This document shows, piece after piece, positions 24,643 to 35,340 of a stretch of DNA of 51,436 bases (positions are counted from its first letter, which is position 1; every line of letters begins with the position of its first letter). The translations under genes were made by a program, and so were the position numbers. Origin of the DNA: a virus (lineage: Duplodnaviria; Caudoviricetes); IMG/VR virus record IMGVR_UViG_3300047189_000007, positions 1 to 51,436 of that record, one strand, 5' to 3'. Below the pieces are notes generated by a model. That model saw only the letters and a list, made by a program, of their open reading frames with translations. It was not told where the DNA came from and searched no databases.

Positions 24643-26607
24643 ATGAATTATACTGAGTCTCCGTCCTTTGGACAGGTAGCTGGTACAACAGATCGTGATA
24701 TTGCTTTACTGGATAAGATAATGAAGTGGCTTCAGCATGCTGAAGGTTCTACCAGTGAATCAAAGTGGTTAACTGTATCAGAGGAAGACTATGACTTCTA
24801 TGCTGGCGATCAGGATACTGCTGCTGTTAAAGCCAAGTTAACAGATGAAAAAAGACCTATTCTTGTGTATGATGAGATCAAGCCTAAGGTTGATGTTGTT
24901 ACTGGCCTAGCTGGTCAGAACCGTCAGTTGCCTTCGGCATTTCCTACTGAGAAAGGAGATGCTGCAATTGCAGAAGTTGTTAATAACTCTATAAAGTTTT
25001 TCAGGCGAGAAACTAAGTTTGGAGATAATGAGCTTGTATGCTTTGAACATACTGTCAAGGGTGGTAGGAGTCTTCTGTATTTTTATATAGATGATGAAAA
25101 CCCTTTTGAACCAAGAATCAAATCAAGATTCGTACATGGCAGAAATTTCAAGCTCGATCCTCGAAGTGTTGAGTATGATATGTCTGATTCCAGATTTTTG
25201 TTTATAGATTTCTGGTATGATAAAGATGAGATCAAGGTTAAGTATCCGGACTTTGATCCTGAGTTAGTGACACAGTTACAGTCCTCAGACGGATCATCTC
25301 CTACATTCTATAATTCTGTAGAAGGAACGTATCGTGTAACGGAGTGCTGGTACAAACAGACAGAACCTGTGATGTGGGTTACTAATCCTGTGACAAAGCA
25401 GCATGAAAAGGTAAGTGTAGCACAGTACAACCAAATGAAGCAAGCACTCTCTGTTGGCTTTACAATGCCTGATGGATCAGTGTTGATTGATCCTGAGTTC
25501 AGTGGTATTAAGCGTTTCGCTACAGTATATAAATATGTCATCTTCTCAAACTACTTTATCTTTGAGAAAGGGACTAGTAAATTTCACTGGGAAGGATTTC
25601 CAGCTATTCTGTTCGGAGCGTTTAAGAATGATAAGGAGAACAGATGGTTTAGTTTGATTACTCTTATGAAAGATCCGCAGAAGGGTATCAATACTATGAG
25701 GAGACAGATGCAGCATCTGTTACAAACATCTCCTAAGGGAATCTTAATGCATGAAGTTGGTGCTATTCTTAATATTGATGACTACGAGAAGAAGTCAGCT
25801 GAGCCTAACTTTCATCTTGAGATAGCTCAGGGATATATGGAAAAGGTGAAGTTTACAGATCAACCTACGATATCTCCTGTGTATGGACAGTTAATGCAGG
25901 AGGACAAACAGTTTCTGAAGGATATATCAGGTATTCAGAATGATACCTTGGGTATTCAGACTTTCTCAAGGGAGCCTGGTATTACCACACAGTTGCGACA
26001 AGGACAGAATATTGCCATTCTATTCATTTTACTTGATAACTTCAAGAAGAGTAGACTGCGTGGAACAATGCTGATGTTCTCTTTGATGCAGCAGTTTGTT
26101 ACAAGTGAGAGATTAATCAGAATTGAGGGTCCTGATACTGAACAGTTGATGTCAATTAACTCTCAGACAAATCCTAACGTCGCAGGGTTTAATGATATTA
26201 CTCTTGGGAAGTATGACTTCTATGTTGAAGAGGGAATAGAGACAGTCAACACAAGGAACTCAATTGCACAGATGCTGATTGATTTGTCTCAGAATAATCC
26301 AGGATCTATTCCTCCTGACATTATTATTGAGTATAGTGGAGCACCCTTCAGTGTCATACAGAAGATAAAGCAATACTCCGAAGGAATACGGAATCAACAG
26401 ATTCAGATGGAACAAGCAAAGGCGCAAGCTGAGAAAGAGCTTGAGGAAGCAAGGCTTGAGAATCAGCGTTATATTGCGGTGGTTAATAACCTGACTAAGC
26501 TTATTGTATCTGACAAGACTATTGATGGAGACTTATTGAAGACATTGATGTCTAGTCTGCAACAGAAGCAAGTCGCACAGATGAAAGGAGACAAAGGAAA
26601 TGCCTGA
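24643..26607 (+). CDS. Portal protein, P22-like
   Basis: EEDYDFYAGDQ, KDPQK.IN, GKYDF.V motifs and C-terminal coiled coil; precedes scaffold and capsid. Confidence 0.85.
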   Translation: MNYTESPSFGQVAGTTDRDIALLDKIMKWLQHAEGSTSESKWLTVSEEDYDFYAGDQDTAAVKAKLTDEKRPILVYDEIKPKVDVVTGLAGQNRQLPSAFPTEKGDAAIAEVVNNSIKFFRRETKFGDNELVCFEHTVKGGRSLLYFYIDDENPFEPRIKSRFVHGRNFKLDPRSVEYDMSDSRFLFIDFWYDKDEIKVKYPDFDPELVTQLQSSDGSSPTFYNSVEGTYRVTECWYKQTEPVMWVTNPVTKQHEKVSVAQYNQMKQALSVGFTMPDGSVLIDPEFSGIKRFATVYKYVIFSNYFIFEKGTSKFHWEGFPAILFGAFKNDKENRWFSLITLMKDPQKGINTMRRQMQHLLQTSPKGILMHEVGAILNIDDYEKKSAEPNFHLEIAQGYMEKVKFTDQPTISPVYGQLMQEDKQFLKDISGIQNDTLGIQTFSREPGITTQLRQGQNIAILFILLDNFKKSRLRGTMLMFSLMQQFVTSERLIRIEGPDTEQLMSINSQTNPNVAGFNDITLGKYDFYVEEGIETVNTRNSIAQMLIDLSQNNPGSIPPDIIIEYSGAPFSVIQKIKQYSEGIRNQQIQMEQAKAQAEKELEEARLENQRYIAVVNNLTKLIVSDKTIDGDLLKTLMSSLQQKQVAQMKGDKGNA

Positions 26608-27478
26608 GAAAGCAAGTTTTGGATTGACTATTGAAGATGTTAACGCCATGCAGGAAGAGATGAATCCGATTGGCGGAGACAAACCTATCGAAGAAGAGGT
26701 TAAGGATAAGTCTGCCAAGGATGAAAAGCCTAAGGCAGATGAGGCCAAGCCTGTCGACGATAAGGAGAAAGAGAAAGCGGATCTTGCAAAAGAAGGTGAG
26801 AAGAAGGATGATGAGAAGGAGTCTGATGACAATGCAGACTTGCGTGAGCAACTCAGACAAACCAATTCCGCCTTACAGAAGCTAACTGCTGACTATGCAA
26901 AACTTCAAAAGTCGATGGTCGATAAAGGCGTCATTACGGATGAGGAAGTTAAGGCTTCTAAAGCAGAAGAAGAAGCAGCAACCGCCGCGTATAACTTGAG
27001 AGTTGAGAAGCTCAATGACATGGTTGCAATGATGGAGTTGAATCCAGCATACAGCGATGTTCGTGATGTCTGCGCTCAGGGGAATCTTGATGATGTAGTT
27101 GATGCCTTTGCTCGGCATTATGTCACCAAGAATGGTGGTGATGTGAAAGTAATTGCTGCTCAGCTTGAGTCTGATATCTGGGGCAGACCGAATCCGTATA
27201 AGGAGATGTACGAAGTGATCAAAAAGTATCATCCTAAGTACGCTGAGAAGAAGGAGGAGGTTAAGAAAGACGTGGAGAAGAAAGAAGAAAAACCTCCTGA
27301 CAAAAAGAAAGAACCTGTTGAAGCGAATCCTTCAGCAGCCGGTCTAGGTACTGGTGGTAGCGGTACAGGTGCTGGTGGATGGACAGCAGCACGTATCGAT
27401 GCCTTACCAGAGGATGAAATACAAACAACTGTCCCGAAGGATGTGTATGATCAGTATCTTAAGGGAACACTCAAATAG
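26600..27478 (+). CDS. Putative capsid scaffolding protein
   Basis: Charged E/K/D-rich protein between portal and capsid genes. Confidence 0.7.
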   Translation: MPEKASFGLTIEDVNAMQEEMNPIGGDKPIEEEVKDKSAKDEKPKADEAKPVDDKEKEKADLAKEGEKKDDEKESDDNADLREQLRQTNSALQKLTADYAKLQKSMVDKGVITDEEVKASKAEEEAATAAYNLRVEKLNDMVAMMELNPAYSDVRDVCAQGNLDDVVDAFARHYVTKNGGDVKVIAAQLESDIWGRPNPYKEMYEVIKKYHPKYAEKKEEVKKDVEKKEEKPPDKKKEPVEANPSAAGLGTGGSGTGAGGWTAARIDALPEDEIQTTVPKDVYDQYLKGTLK

Positions 27479-27493
27479 GTGGAGGATGTAGCT

Positions 27494-28543
27494 ATGCCCG
27501 AGAATCCTAAAACTCAGATGCTCACAAACGACAACCTTACTCGTAAGAAGTGGGCACGAGATTTATTCAGTGTTATTCTGCCGTCAGTGGAGATCAACTC
27601 ACTGGTCGGTAAAGACTCAAACTCCATTGTTCAGTTGAAGACTGAGCTTGGAAAAGGCGAGGGTGATCAGATTACCTTCGGTATCAGACTTCCCTTGGTC
27701 GGAGAAGGTGTTGTCGGTAACGACACTGTCGAAGGCAATGAAGAGAAACTGCGCTTCAAAGACTTCAAGATGACCATCGAAGAACTCAATCATGCGGTTG
27801 ATACAGGTGGCCGTATGGAAGAGCAGAGGATTCCTTACGACCTGATGGCTGAAGGAAAGAACGGTTTGCAGGACTGGTGGGTTGCAAAGCTCAATGCCTA
27901 TCTGATGGCCGTTCTCTGCGGCGATACATCATATGCCATCGTCGCAGGAAAGACCTTCGGCACCACAATCACGGCGCCTGATACAGACCATCATATCCTA
28001 GCCAACGATGTAGCAGAAGCCTCAATGACCTCGGCTGACACGATGGATCTTACCATGCTGGACAAGATGAAGCAGCAGGCAGAGATTCCGGCAGAAGGAA
28101 GTTTTAAACTTCGTCCGCTTGCTTTGGGCGGGAAGAACTACTGGAGAGTCATCCTCCATAACTTTGTGTTCGATCAGCTTCGTCAGAACACCAACGTCGG
28201 CCAGTGGGGAGATCTGCAGAGAGCTGCCGGAAAGCTCCAGGTTCCCAACACGGAGATTGAGTACAACGGTATGCTCATCTCCAAGAGCGAAAACATTCGG
28301 AAGTCACCTTCCAATGCCAACGTTTACCGGAATCTCTTCCTCGGATGCCAGGCTGCTGTGTGGGCTTGGGGTGGGGCAGGAGAAAGCAAGAGCACCACGA
28401 TGGCCTTCGTTCCGTACACCAAGGACGCGGAGCGCTTCGTGATGATCAGGGGAGGCGGGATCTTCGGAGCAGCGAAGCCCATCTTCGCAGGCAAGGACTA
28501 CGGTGTGATCGTGGGTAGTGCTTGGGGTGCCAGAATCGCATAA
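27494..28543 (+). CDS. Major capsid protein (N4 gp56/DUF4043-like)
   Basis: ELGKGEGDQITFG..L.GEGV.G...EGNEE.L; RNLFLGCQA..AWG; DYGVI. Confidence 0.9.
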   Translation: MPENPKTQMLTNDNLTRKKWARDLFSVILPSVEINSLVGKDSNSIVQLKTELGKGEGDQITFGIRLPLVGEGVVGNDTVEGNEEKLRFKDFKMTIEELNHAVDTGGRMEEQRIPYDLMAEGKNGLQDWWVAKLNAYLMAVLCGDTSYAIVAGKTFGTTITAPDTDHHILANDVAEASMTSADTMDLTMLDKMKQQAEIPAEGSFKLRPLALGGKNYWRVILHNFVFDQLRQNTNVGQWGDLQRAAGKLQVPNTEIEYNGMLISKSENIRKSPSNANVYRNLFLGCQAAVWAWGGAGESKSTTMAFVPYTKDAERFVMIRGGGIFGAAKPIFAGKDYGVIVGSAWGARIA

Positions 28544-28557
28544 TGGAGGAGTAGGTC

Positions 28558-28941
28558 ATGGATAAGTACGGTTCAAAGGCTGCTGACAACAGCAGAATGG
28601 AAACCAGCAAGCTCCTGATCACTCCTACTAACGCTACTTATAACCTGATTAAGTTCCCGAAGTTCGCCTTCGTGACTGACATCTGGGTTCAGAAGGTAGT
28701 GATTTCCGTGGGTGATTCAGAAGTCGAAGTTGGCTGGTTCGGCAACGGCGAGACGGCTGACACAGATGGATTCTTGTCCAACGCAACATTTGCACCTACA
28801 GTGTTGGGTCTGGTCAAGGGCACTCTTGTCGGGAAGTGGTTCCTTAATGCGGCTGGTGGTTTAACTGCCAAGACGACAGTGGGAACCGGAACGATGGGCA
28901 ATTTCAGGGTGATAGTGCGCTTCACTATCATTCATCCGTAA
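28558..28941 (+). CDS. Putative capsid decoration/cement protein
   Basis: Small beta-rich protein right after the capsid gene, similar codon usage. Confidence 0.55.
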   Translation: MDKYGSKAADNSRMETSKLLITPTNATYNLIKFPKFAFVTDIWVQKVVISVGDSEVEVGWFGNGETADTDGFLSNATFAPTVLGLVKGTLVGKWFLNAAGGLTAKTTVGTGTMGNFRVIVRFTIIHP

Positions 28942-28955
28942 GGGAGGAGTAGATC

Positions 28956-29747
28956 ATGTATCTGATTGATTACAGACGTATGGATCAGCGAACCAATGTG
29001 TTGGAGAATCCCTTCTGGCTTACTTCAGCACTCATCAAAGGTGTCGATGTGCAGGCGGCTGGCCCGAGCCATACCATCACTGCCACCGACATCTCAACAA
29101 CCAGTGGAGCTCCTGACAGTATTGATGGAGTAGCTGCTGGTTTCGTTGCGGCAGGATTCTCTGTTGTTGGAGATCCTATTGCAGTGTCAGGTTTCACCGG
29201 CGCAGGTGCGGCTATCACTGCAAACAACAGGTTACACACTTCCAGTTCAATCGCGGCAGGAAAGGTTGAAGTTGTCGAAAGCGACATCATCTCCGATGCT
29301 GCAACGGAAGCTGTCACCGTGAGCATTCCTCGTGGACTTGTGCTGTTCTCCTTCCCTGTGTTGGGGAGACGGTACATGATTCAGGAATGCCAGTTGCAGT
29401 TGATCGAGGCCTTCACAACCAATACCCAGATCTACATTGGGCTTGGCACAATTGCGACTGACCTCATTACCACAGGTGGGTTGATGGTCAACTCTGACTT
29501 CAACGCTTATTTCAACAACACAGACATCACCATTGCTACGCCTGCATACTACGGCCCGACAAGTTCCACGTGGTACACCGCTGCAGGTCTGTGTGGATCT
29601 ACGTCACCTCGCGTTATCACAGGAGCAGTTGCAACAGTTCCCGTGATCTATGCCATCGTGATCAACTCCACTAACGCGGCTCCGGCGGCAATTGCTGCAG
29701 GTCAGTTCAGACTGCATCTCCAGATTGCCATTGTCCCTGGTAAGTAA
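28956..29747 (+). CDS. Putative virion decoration protein
   Basis: Ala/Thr/Gly-rich, capsid operon. Confidence 0.55.
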   Translation: MYLIDYRRMDQRTNVLENPFWLTSALIKGVDVQAAGPSHTITATDISTTSGAPDSIDGVAAGFVAAGFSVVGDPIAVSGFTGAGAAITANNRLHTSSSIAAGKVEVVESDIISDAATEAVTVSIPRGLVLFSFPVLGRRYMIQECQLQLIEAFTTNTQIYIGLGTIATDLITTGGLMVNSDFNAYFNNTDITIATPAYYGPTSSTWYTAAGLCGSTSPRVITGAVATVPVIYAIVINSTNAAPAAIAAGQFRLHLQIAIVPGK

Positions 29748-29748
29748 C

Positions 29749-29773
29749 AATCGACGTCAAAATTTGACATTGC
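29749..29773. repeat. Dispersed palindrome, copy 7 (intergenic)
   Basis: AATCGACGTCA AAATT TGACATTGC. Confidence 0.9.
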
Positions 29774-29787
29774 TGTGGGGTGTCATC

Positions 29788-30420
29788 GTGAATTTAAGTG
29801 AGATAAGAACATCCATTACCGATACAGTGCAGGAGAAATCTGAAACGTTGATTGACTCTGTTGATATCAGAATCAATGCAGCGTTATTGGAAGTAGCAGA
29901 AGAGCATGACTTATCATCGTTGAAGCGAACTTTTGTTGCGACGACTGTGATAGGTCAGGCCTTCTGTAATTTTCCTGCTGGCTTCTCTGGACGCCTATCG
30001 TATGCTGGTACAGCAGATGGACAGTTAAAGCAGTTTAATGGTGGTATAGATGAGATGATTCTTACCTACCCAACACTAGCTGAGACTGGAGATCTAGAGT
30101 CTATTGCTTCTGAGTATCCAGTTCTTTGGTACCAGAAGATTCCAGCTGTAGCAACATTGATAACCTGTATCGGTTATGCTCTGCCATCACCTCTCTTATT
30201 GGAGGATGACATCCCCACAGATATTCCGGCACACTTACATGAGGGTCTGCTTGTGAATAAGGTTCTCATTAACTACTATAATAAGATTGAAGATGGAGTT
30301 GAAGGCGTGAAGGTAAACACTAACAACTACATCATGCTGTATTCAATAGCTCATAACCTATTGCTGAACTGGATATCCAGACGGCGATCCAACGTAGGTC
30401 GGAGTGTGTGGGATGCCTAA
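29788..30420 (+). CDS. Putative head-tail adaptor
   Basis: GTG start NLSEIR; RINAAL and DIP..IPAHLH patterns; position. Confidence 0.6.
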   Translation: MNLSEIRTSITDTVQEKSETLIDSVDIRINAALLEVAEEHDLSSLKRTFVATTVIGQAFCNFPAGFSGRLSYAGTADGQLKQFNGGIDEMILTYPTLAETGDLESIASEYPVLWYQKIPAVATLITCIGYALPSPLLLEDDIPTDIPAHLHEGLLVNKVLINYYNKIEDGVEGVKVNTNNYIMLYSIAHNLLLNWISRRRSNVGRSVWDA

Positions 30421-31795
30421 GCCAATCGAAATACCCAACTTTGTTGGAATGAATGATGTTAAGACAGCAGAAGGATTCTTCACTGAGAAGGATGCAGCTG
30501 AGCCTAGTGCGATTCTTAATGCTGATGTTGATATCAGAGGTAGGCTGGTAAGAAGACCAGGAAAGACTCGGCTTGTGTTACTACCACATGCACATAGTCT
30601 TTGGGCTGGCAACTCATGCATGCTGTGCTGTGCTGATGGTGTTCTGTATGATATACAGGGTGTCATTGCTACAAGTGTTGGAACAACTGGGATTGATGCT
30701 CCTTTGTCATATGAAGAAATTGATGATTTGATTTACATTTCCAGTAAGTACTGGAATGGCATCTACAGTCATGTGACTAAGGCAATAGCATCATGGGGTG
30801 TTGCACTGCCTCCTAGTCCAGTACTTCTTCCGGCAGTCGGCAGTCTACCTGCAGGCTACTACCGTGTCTGTATGACCAATGTAGTTGGTTCTGAGTTATC
30901 TGGTAATGGATTAATCTCTACGATAGAGCTAACATCCGTTGGTGGAATTCAAATACTTAACCGTCCTGCTGGAGCGATTGTCTGGTGTACTGACCAGAAT
31001 GAGGGTATATTCTATAGAGTTGGAGCAGTTGATGTAATTGCTGATATTCCATCTGTGGAACCTCTACCTTCGTTTATGTGCAGTCCTCCTCCGTATATGG
31101 ATAATCTCTGCTATGCTTTTGGTTTGCTGTGGGGATCGGTAGATAATATCGTCTTCTACTGTCAACCATATAAGTACTCATGGTACAAACCTACAACTAA
31201 CAGATTTAAATTTGACTCAGAGGTTTCTATCATAGCTCGAGTACCTACAGGATTATTCATTGGATGCCTTGAGAAGACATCTTTTCTAGCTGGTACAGAA
31301 CCTGCTAAGATGCAGCAGTCATATGCAGGTACAGGATCTATACCAGGAACCTTGGTATACTGTCATAATCTTCCTGAGCTTGGAGATATACTTGGTACAA
31401 GCGAGAAAGGATATGTCAGTGTTCCAGTATGGAGGACACTTGATGGAATCGTTGCAGGAAACGCAGGAGGAAGGTTATTCAACTTGTCGAAAGATAAGTT
31501 ACGACTTGATACAGTTGAACGCGGCGCATCACTGTACACTAATGTCGATGGGACATTTAAGTTTCTTACCAGTGCCAAGCGAGGACACGGAGGAAGTGCA
31601 GTTGGTGTACTTAATGCGGTTACGGCTGCCTTGTTTGCGAGTGGAAAGATTTCTCAGTCTGAGTTTGCTCATCGCGGTATGGGAAGTACACAATCAATCA
31701 GAGATACCGCAATATGTGATCTCAATAAGTATTTTGCCAGAACTGAGGAAAGTTCGATGTCATTCGAAGACGAGGTCACATGTGAGTTATTATGA
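30413..31795 (+). CDS. Putative tail nozzle/stabilisation protein
   Basis: F.GMN..NADVD..G.L.RRPG start, beta-propeller-like; follows the adaptor. Confidence 0.55.
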   Translation: MPKPIEIPNFVGMNDVKTAEGFFTEKDAAEPSAILNADVDIRGRLVRRPGKTRLVLLPHAHSLWAGNSCMLCCADGVLYDIQGVIATSVGTTGIDAPLSYEEIDDLIYISSKYWNGIYSHVTKAIASWGVALPPSPVLLPAVGSLPAGYYRVCMTNVVGSELSGNGLISTIELTSVGGIQILNRPAGAIVWCTDQNEGIFYRVGAVDVIADIPSVEPLPSFMCSPPPYMDNLCYAFGLLWGSVDNIVFYCQPYKYSWYKPTTNRFKFDSEVSIIARVPTGLFIGCLEKTSFLAGTEPAKMQQSYAGTGSIPGTLVYCHNLPELGDILGTSEKGYVSVPVWRTLDGIVAGNAGGRLFNLSKDKLRLDTVERGASLYTNVDGTFKFLTSAKRGHGGSAVGVLNAVTAALFASGKISQSEFAHRGMGSTQSIRDTAICDLNKYFARTEESSMSFEDEVTCELL

Positions 31796-32424
31796 GTATA
31801 ACTTTTTCGATGGAGGACTTGAAGATGTTTAAGAAATTTGGAGTTAAGCTGGACGTGTTTCGAGATTCACCGCTTATCAGATATGCGGTGAAGCATATTC
31901 ACGAATCACAGTTCCGGTTCCACGGTCTGGTGTGTTGTGAGCACTTCCGGAATGGAATCCTTCTGTCTGGTGGATGGGAGCCCAAAGTAAACACCTTTAC
32001 CACAGAAGGCATGGCAAGACTGCTGAACATCGTGTTCAGGGCTCAGGCAACTGAGGCTGCTATATACGTTGGTATCTTCAAGAACAACGTAACACCTGCT
32101 GTTGGTGACACTGCAGCAGTGAAGCTCGGTGCGGCAGGTACGTATGGAGAGTGTCAGGATGCTGACTATGACTCTCCCGCTACTGACAAGCCTGCATACA
32201 CAATGGCTTCAACGTCAACAGCAGTTGCAACAAATGCGGCATCCAAGGCAACGTTTGTGATGAATGCGTCGATTACTGTATACGGTGCATTCCTTTCAAC
32301 AGCGGCTGCAAAGACTGCTGTGTCAGGAACACTGTTCTGTGGTAAGAAGTTCACTGCATCTCGTTTAGTTATTGCTGATGATGAGTTAGCAATCACGTAT
32401 CAGATCATGTGTACAACTGCGTAG
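31792..32424 (+). CDS. Putative tail protein
   Basis: NTFTTEG..LL and ITVYGAFL patterns; start uncertain (31792 or 31825). Confidence 0.55.
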   Translation: MSITFSMEDLKMFKKFGVKLDVFRDSPLIRYAVKHIHESQFRFHGLVCCEHFRNGILLSGGWEPKVNTFTTEGMARLLNIVFRAQATEAAIYVGIFKNNVTPAVGDTAAVKLGAAGTYGECQDADYDSPATDKPAYTMASTSTAVATNAASKATFVMNASITVYGAFLSTAAAKTAVSGTLFCGKKFTASRLVIADDELAITYQIMCTTA

Positions 32425-32433
32425 GAGTTTACA

Positions 32434-33300
32434 GTGCCGAAGTTAAACTTCACTAACATAGGTGATCTTCAAGATTACAGGTACTCAGTGGCAACTATCG
32501 CGTCAGTAGATACTGCCACTGATACCTGTATCTTAAGTAATGGAAAAACAGCATTATTATTTTATCACTGACTTGCTGACGCTCCATTGCGTGACAATGG
32601 TGCAGTGTTAGGCGCAGCCTTAGGATTTACAGATAATGATCAGGTTGTTGTTTTAACAAAGTATGACAACTCTAAGTGTTATGTTGTCGCGCATGTTGAT
32701 GGGATTAGAAGTTGTGGAGAGGATCTTATACTTTGTTCAAATGCTCCGTCAATTGGCGGAGTAACATTGGTATATAGCGGCGGTCTTGACTTATTGTCGA
32801 ACCAGACCTCAGTTGCTCATATTGATGGAGAAGTCGTCACTGGACTTATTACTCCCGCAACTCATGTATATGCTGGACCAGATTGCATACCTGGATGGCA
32901 TAAGCTAATTGGTACTTGGAGTGGTCATGTTAGTGTAAGTTATTCCGGGAACTCAGGGAGTCCACTACCTAATTACCATGCTGGCGGAGGTGCCTCTATT
33001 ACAGTATTTGGTGGACAGATGTACGCAAAATCTGCTAGTATAGATGTTGGATTTGACGGAGTACCACGTGAAACAGATGTGATAACTGGATTCCACTTAT
33101 CTGGTACGTATACTGCTTGTATACAGATTGGTCCTGGAGATGAGGTATTCTCGTGTGGTGCTCATGGCGGTGCTAGTTCCTCCTTTTCAAGTCCTGGTGG
33201 TGCAGCAAGTGCATCTGCTAGTGCTCATGTAGCATTCAGTGTTTCGTTGTTTAGAGTTCCACAAACCTTAGTTAATGATGGACCTTGGTATTCTTTCTAA
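32434..33300 (+). CDS. Putative tail/spike protein with in-frame TGA at codon 46 (candidate selenocysteine or readthrough)
   Basis: AGGAG RBS, GTG 32434, open to FYH-TGA(32569-32571), then the same frame continues to 33300; hairpin directly after the TGA. Confidence 0.65.
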
Positions 33301-33312
33301 GAAGGTGTTAAT

Positions 33313-35340
33313 ATGCCAGTCGATGATGTAAACAGTATTGTGCTTTTACACTTTAATGGAAGTGATACGTCCACTTCGTTTATAGATGAGAGTGGAAAAG
33401 TATGGACAGCTTACGTTAATGCCCAGTTAGATACTGCTAAGAAGAAATGGGGAACTGCTGCCGGGTTGTTCGATTGGGGCGGACCGGACTATATAGATAC
33501 TCCATATCACGCAGATTTTAATATTGGCAGTATGGACTGGACGATTGACTTACAAGTACGCTCCGGAGTTAATCTTGGTTATGCTTATCCAGTATTTGTT
33601 AAAATTGGAGATGGCTTTGCTGGTGGAGAAGATGTAATTTCTGTTGAGTATTTCTTTGGTGATGGTGGAGATAATAGAATAGTTGTTTCGATTGATGCAG
33701 TTTATTATTACTTTGTTGTTGATCAACTTTTTATGACAGAGGATGCATGGCATCATGTTGAAGTAGTAAAAGTTAATAGTACTAACTCTTTGTATCTTTT
33801 TATAGATGGTACACAGATTGGTGCTGCACAAACATCAGTTGAGCATCCAACAATATCTGGTGGAGTACAAGTTGGAAGTGGTGTTGATGGTTCACTTGAC
33901 GAACTTCGTATCTCCAACATTGCAAGGCATACATCAAATTTTACTGCTCCAATAGCCGAGTACCCTGCTGGTGCATTACCAGATCCTGAGTTTTATGAAG
34001 AAACTATTGAAGATACTATTGATATTGCTGACTATCCTACATTCTACATGGAAGAAAGTATAGATGATAGTGTAGAATTTGGAGAGATTATATCTGAGTA
34101 TTATCCAGAGAGTATTGATGATCCGCTTACCACAATGGATCGTGTACTTGGGCAACCTGCTGCACCTGGAACTGCGAGTCTCGTTGATGGAGAGAATGAA
34201 GATACCATCGATTTTGCAAGTGCATATAGCTTAAGGTTATCATTAACAGAGAATGAGATACTCAATATTATAGATACAATGCATGCAGTATGGGACAGAA
34301 TATTACTTGACTCATTCTTTATGTACGATACCATTCTGCAAGGATGGCATTTTACTATTACAGACTCTCTTATTGCTACTGATGCAGCGGCAAAGAGTCT
34401 TGGTATAGCAGTTAGTGATATTCTGCGATCTATTGATACTGCTGATAATAAATGGGATGGTACCGAAAGTGTTATTGATATACTGATAACAATCGATGAG
34501 TCTGATGGAGTTAAGTTTATCCTAAGAGCCATTGACGAAAGTCTGGTGTTAACAGATGTAGTTAGAGTAAGTCTTGTTATGTTAATGCTTGATATACTAG
34601 ACTTCACTGATGTTTTAGTATCGAAGGATACAGTGAATCTAGTAGACACACTTACTTTTACATCTGATGCATATGCAGTATTGCACTTTCTGCTAAACAG
34701 TCTACTTGATCTTGATGACGGAGTTACTGAGACTCCACTGTTTAATGATCTCATTGCTGATAGTTTAACAGTGACTCCAGTGGTGCTTAGTACGCCAACA
34801 CTAAATCAGGTAGTGATAGAGATCGCATCATTTGAGGATGTATCTGCAGCAAGCGGCCATCTGTTTTCTTCAGTTGCAGATGGAATTAAGTTATCTGTTC
34901 TGGTAGATCTTGATGATGAAGTGTACGAGTGTTGGGTACTTAATACACCAAGGTTTCATTCATCCATCTACTCAGGATTTGACTTTAACTCATACTGTGT
35001 TTTTGAAGGTCGCGCGTATGGTGCTAACAAGGATGGCATCTATGAGTTATCAGGTGACACTGATGATGGTGCCTCGATTCATGATGGGGTGATCCTAAGC
35101 AAAACTACATTCGGGCTTGCTCAGTCGAAGCGACTGCGTAAAGCATACCTTGGTGTTACTGGCGGAACGCCAATAATGGTACTTGAAGTAGAGGATGGAA
35201 CACGGAAGGTATTTACCATTACTGACTCTGATACCATCCAAGGTGACAGGGATGTTAAAGGTAGACACTGGAAACTATCCTTAGCAGAATTTGATTCACT
35301 TGATTCAATTAAACTTATTCCTATGGTGCTTGCGAGATGA
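33313..35340 (+). CDS. LamG/concanavalin-like tail fibre with acidic repeat stalk
   Basis: LLHFNGSD, DWTID, WHHVEVV, LFIDG, LDELRISN.ARHT.NFT; Asp-periodic middle. Confidence 0.75.
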   Translation: MPVDDVNSIVLLHFNGSDTSTSFIDESGKVWTAYVNAQLDTAKKKWGTAAGLFDWGGPDYIDTPYHADFNIGSMDWTIDLQVRSGVNLGYAYPVFVKIGDGFAGGEDVISVEYFFGDGGDNRIVVSIDAVYYYFVVDQLFMTEDAWHHVEVVKVNSTNSLYLFIDGTQIGAAQTSVEHPTISGGVQVGSGVDGSLDELRISNIARHTSNFTAPIAEYPAGALPDPEFYEETIEDTIDIADYPTFYMEESIDDSVEFGEIISEYYPESIDDPLTTMDRVLGQPAAPGTASLVDGENEDTIDFASAYSLRLSLTENEILNIIDTMHAVWDRILLDSFFMYDTILQGWHFTITDSLIATDAAAKSLGIAVSDILRSIDTADNKWDGTESVIDILITIDESDGVKFILRAIDESLVLTDVVRVSLVMLMLDILDFTDVLVSKDTVNLVDTLTFTSDAYAVLHFLLNSLLDLDDGVTETPLFNDLIADSLTVTPVVLSTPTLNQVVIEIASFEDVSAASGHLFSSVADGIKLSVLVDLDDEVYECWVLNTPRFHSSIYSGFDFNSYCVFEGRAYGANKDGIYELSGDTDDGASIHDGVILSKTTFGLAQSKRLRKAYLGVTGGTPIMVLEVEDGTRKVFTITDSDTIQGDRDVKGRHWKLSLAEFDSLDSIKLIPMVLAR

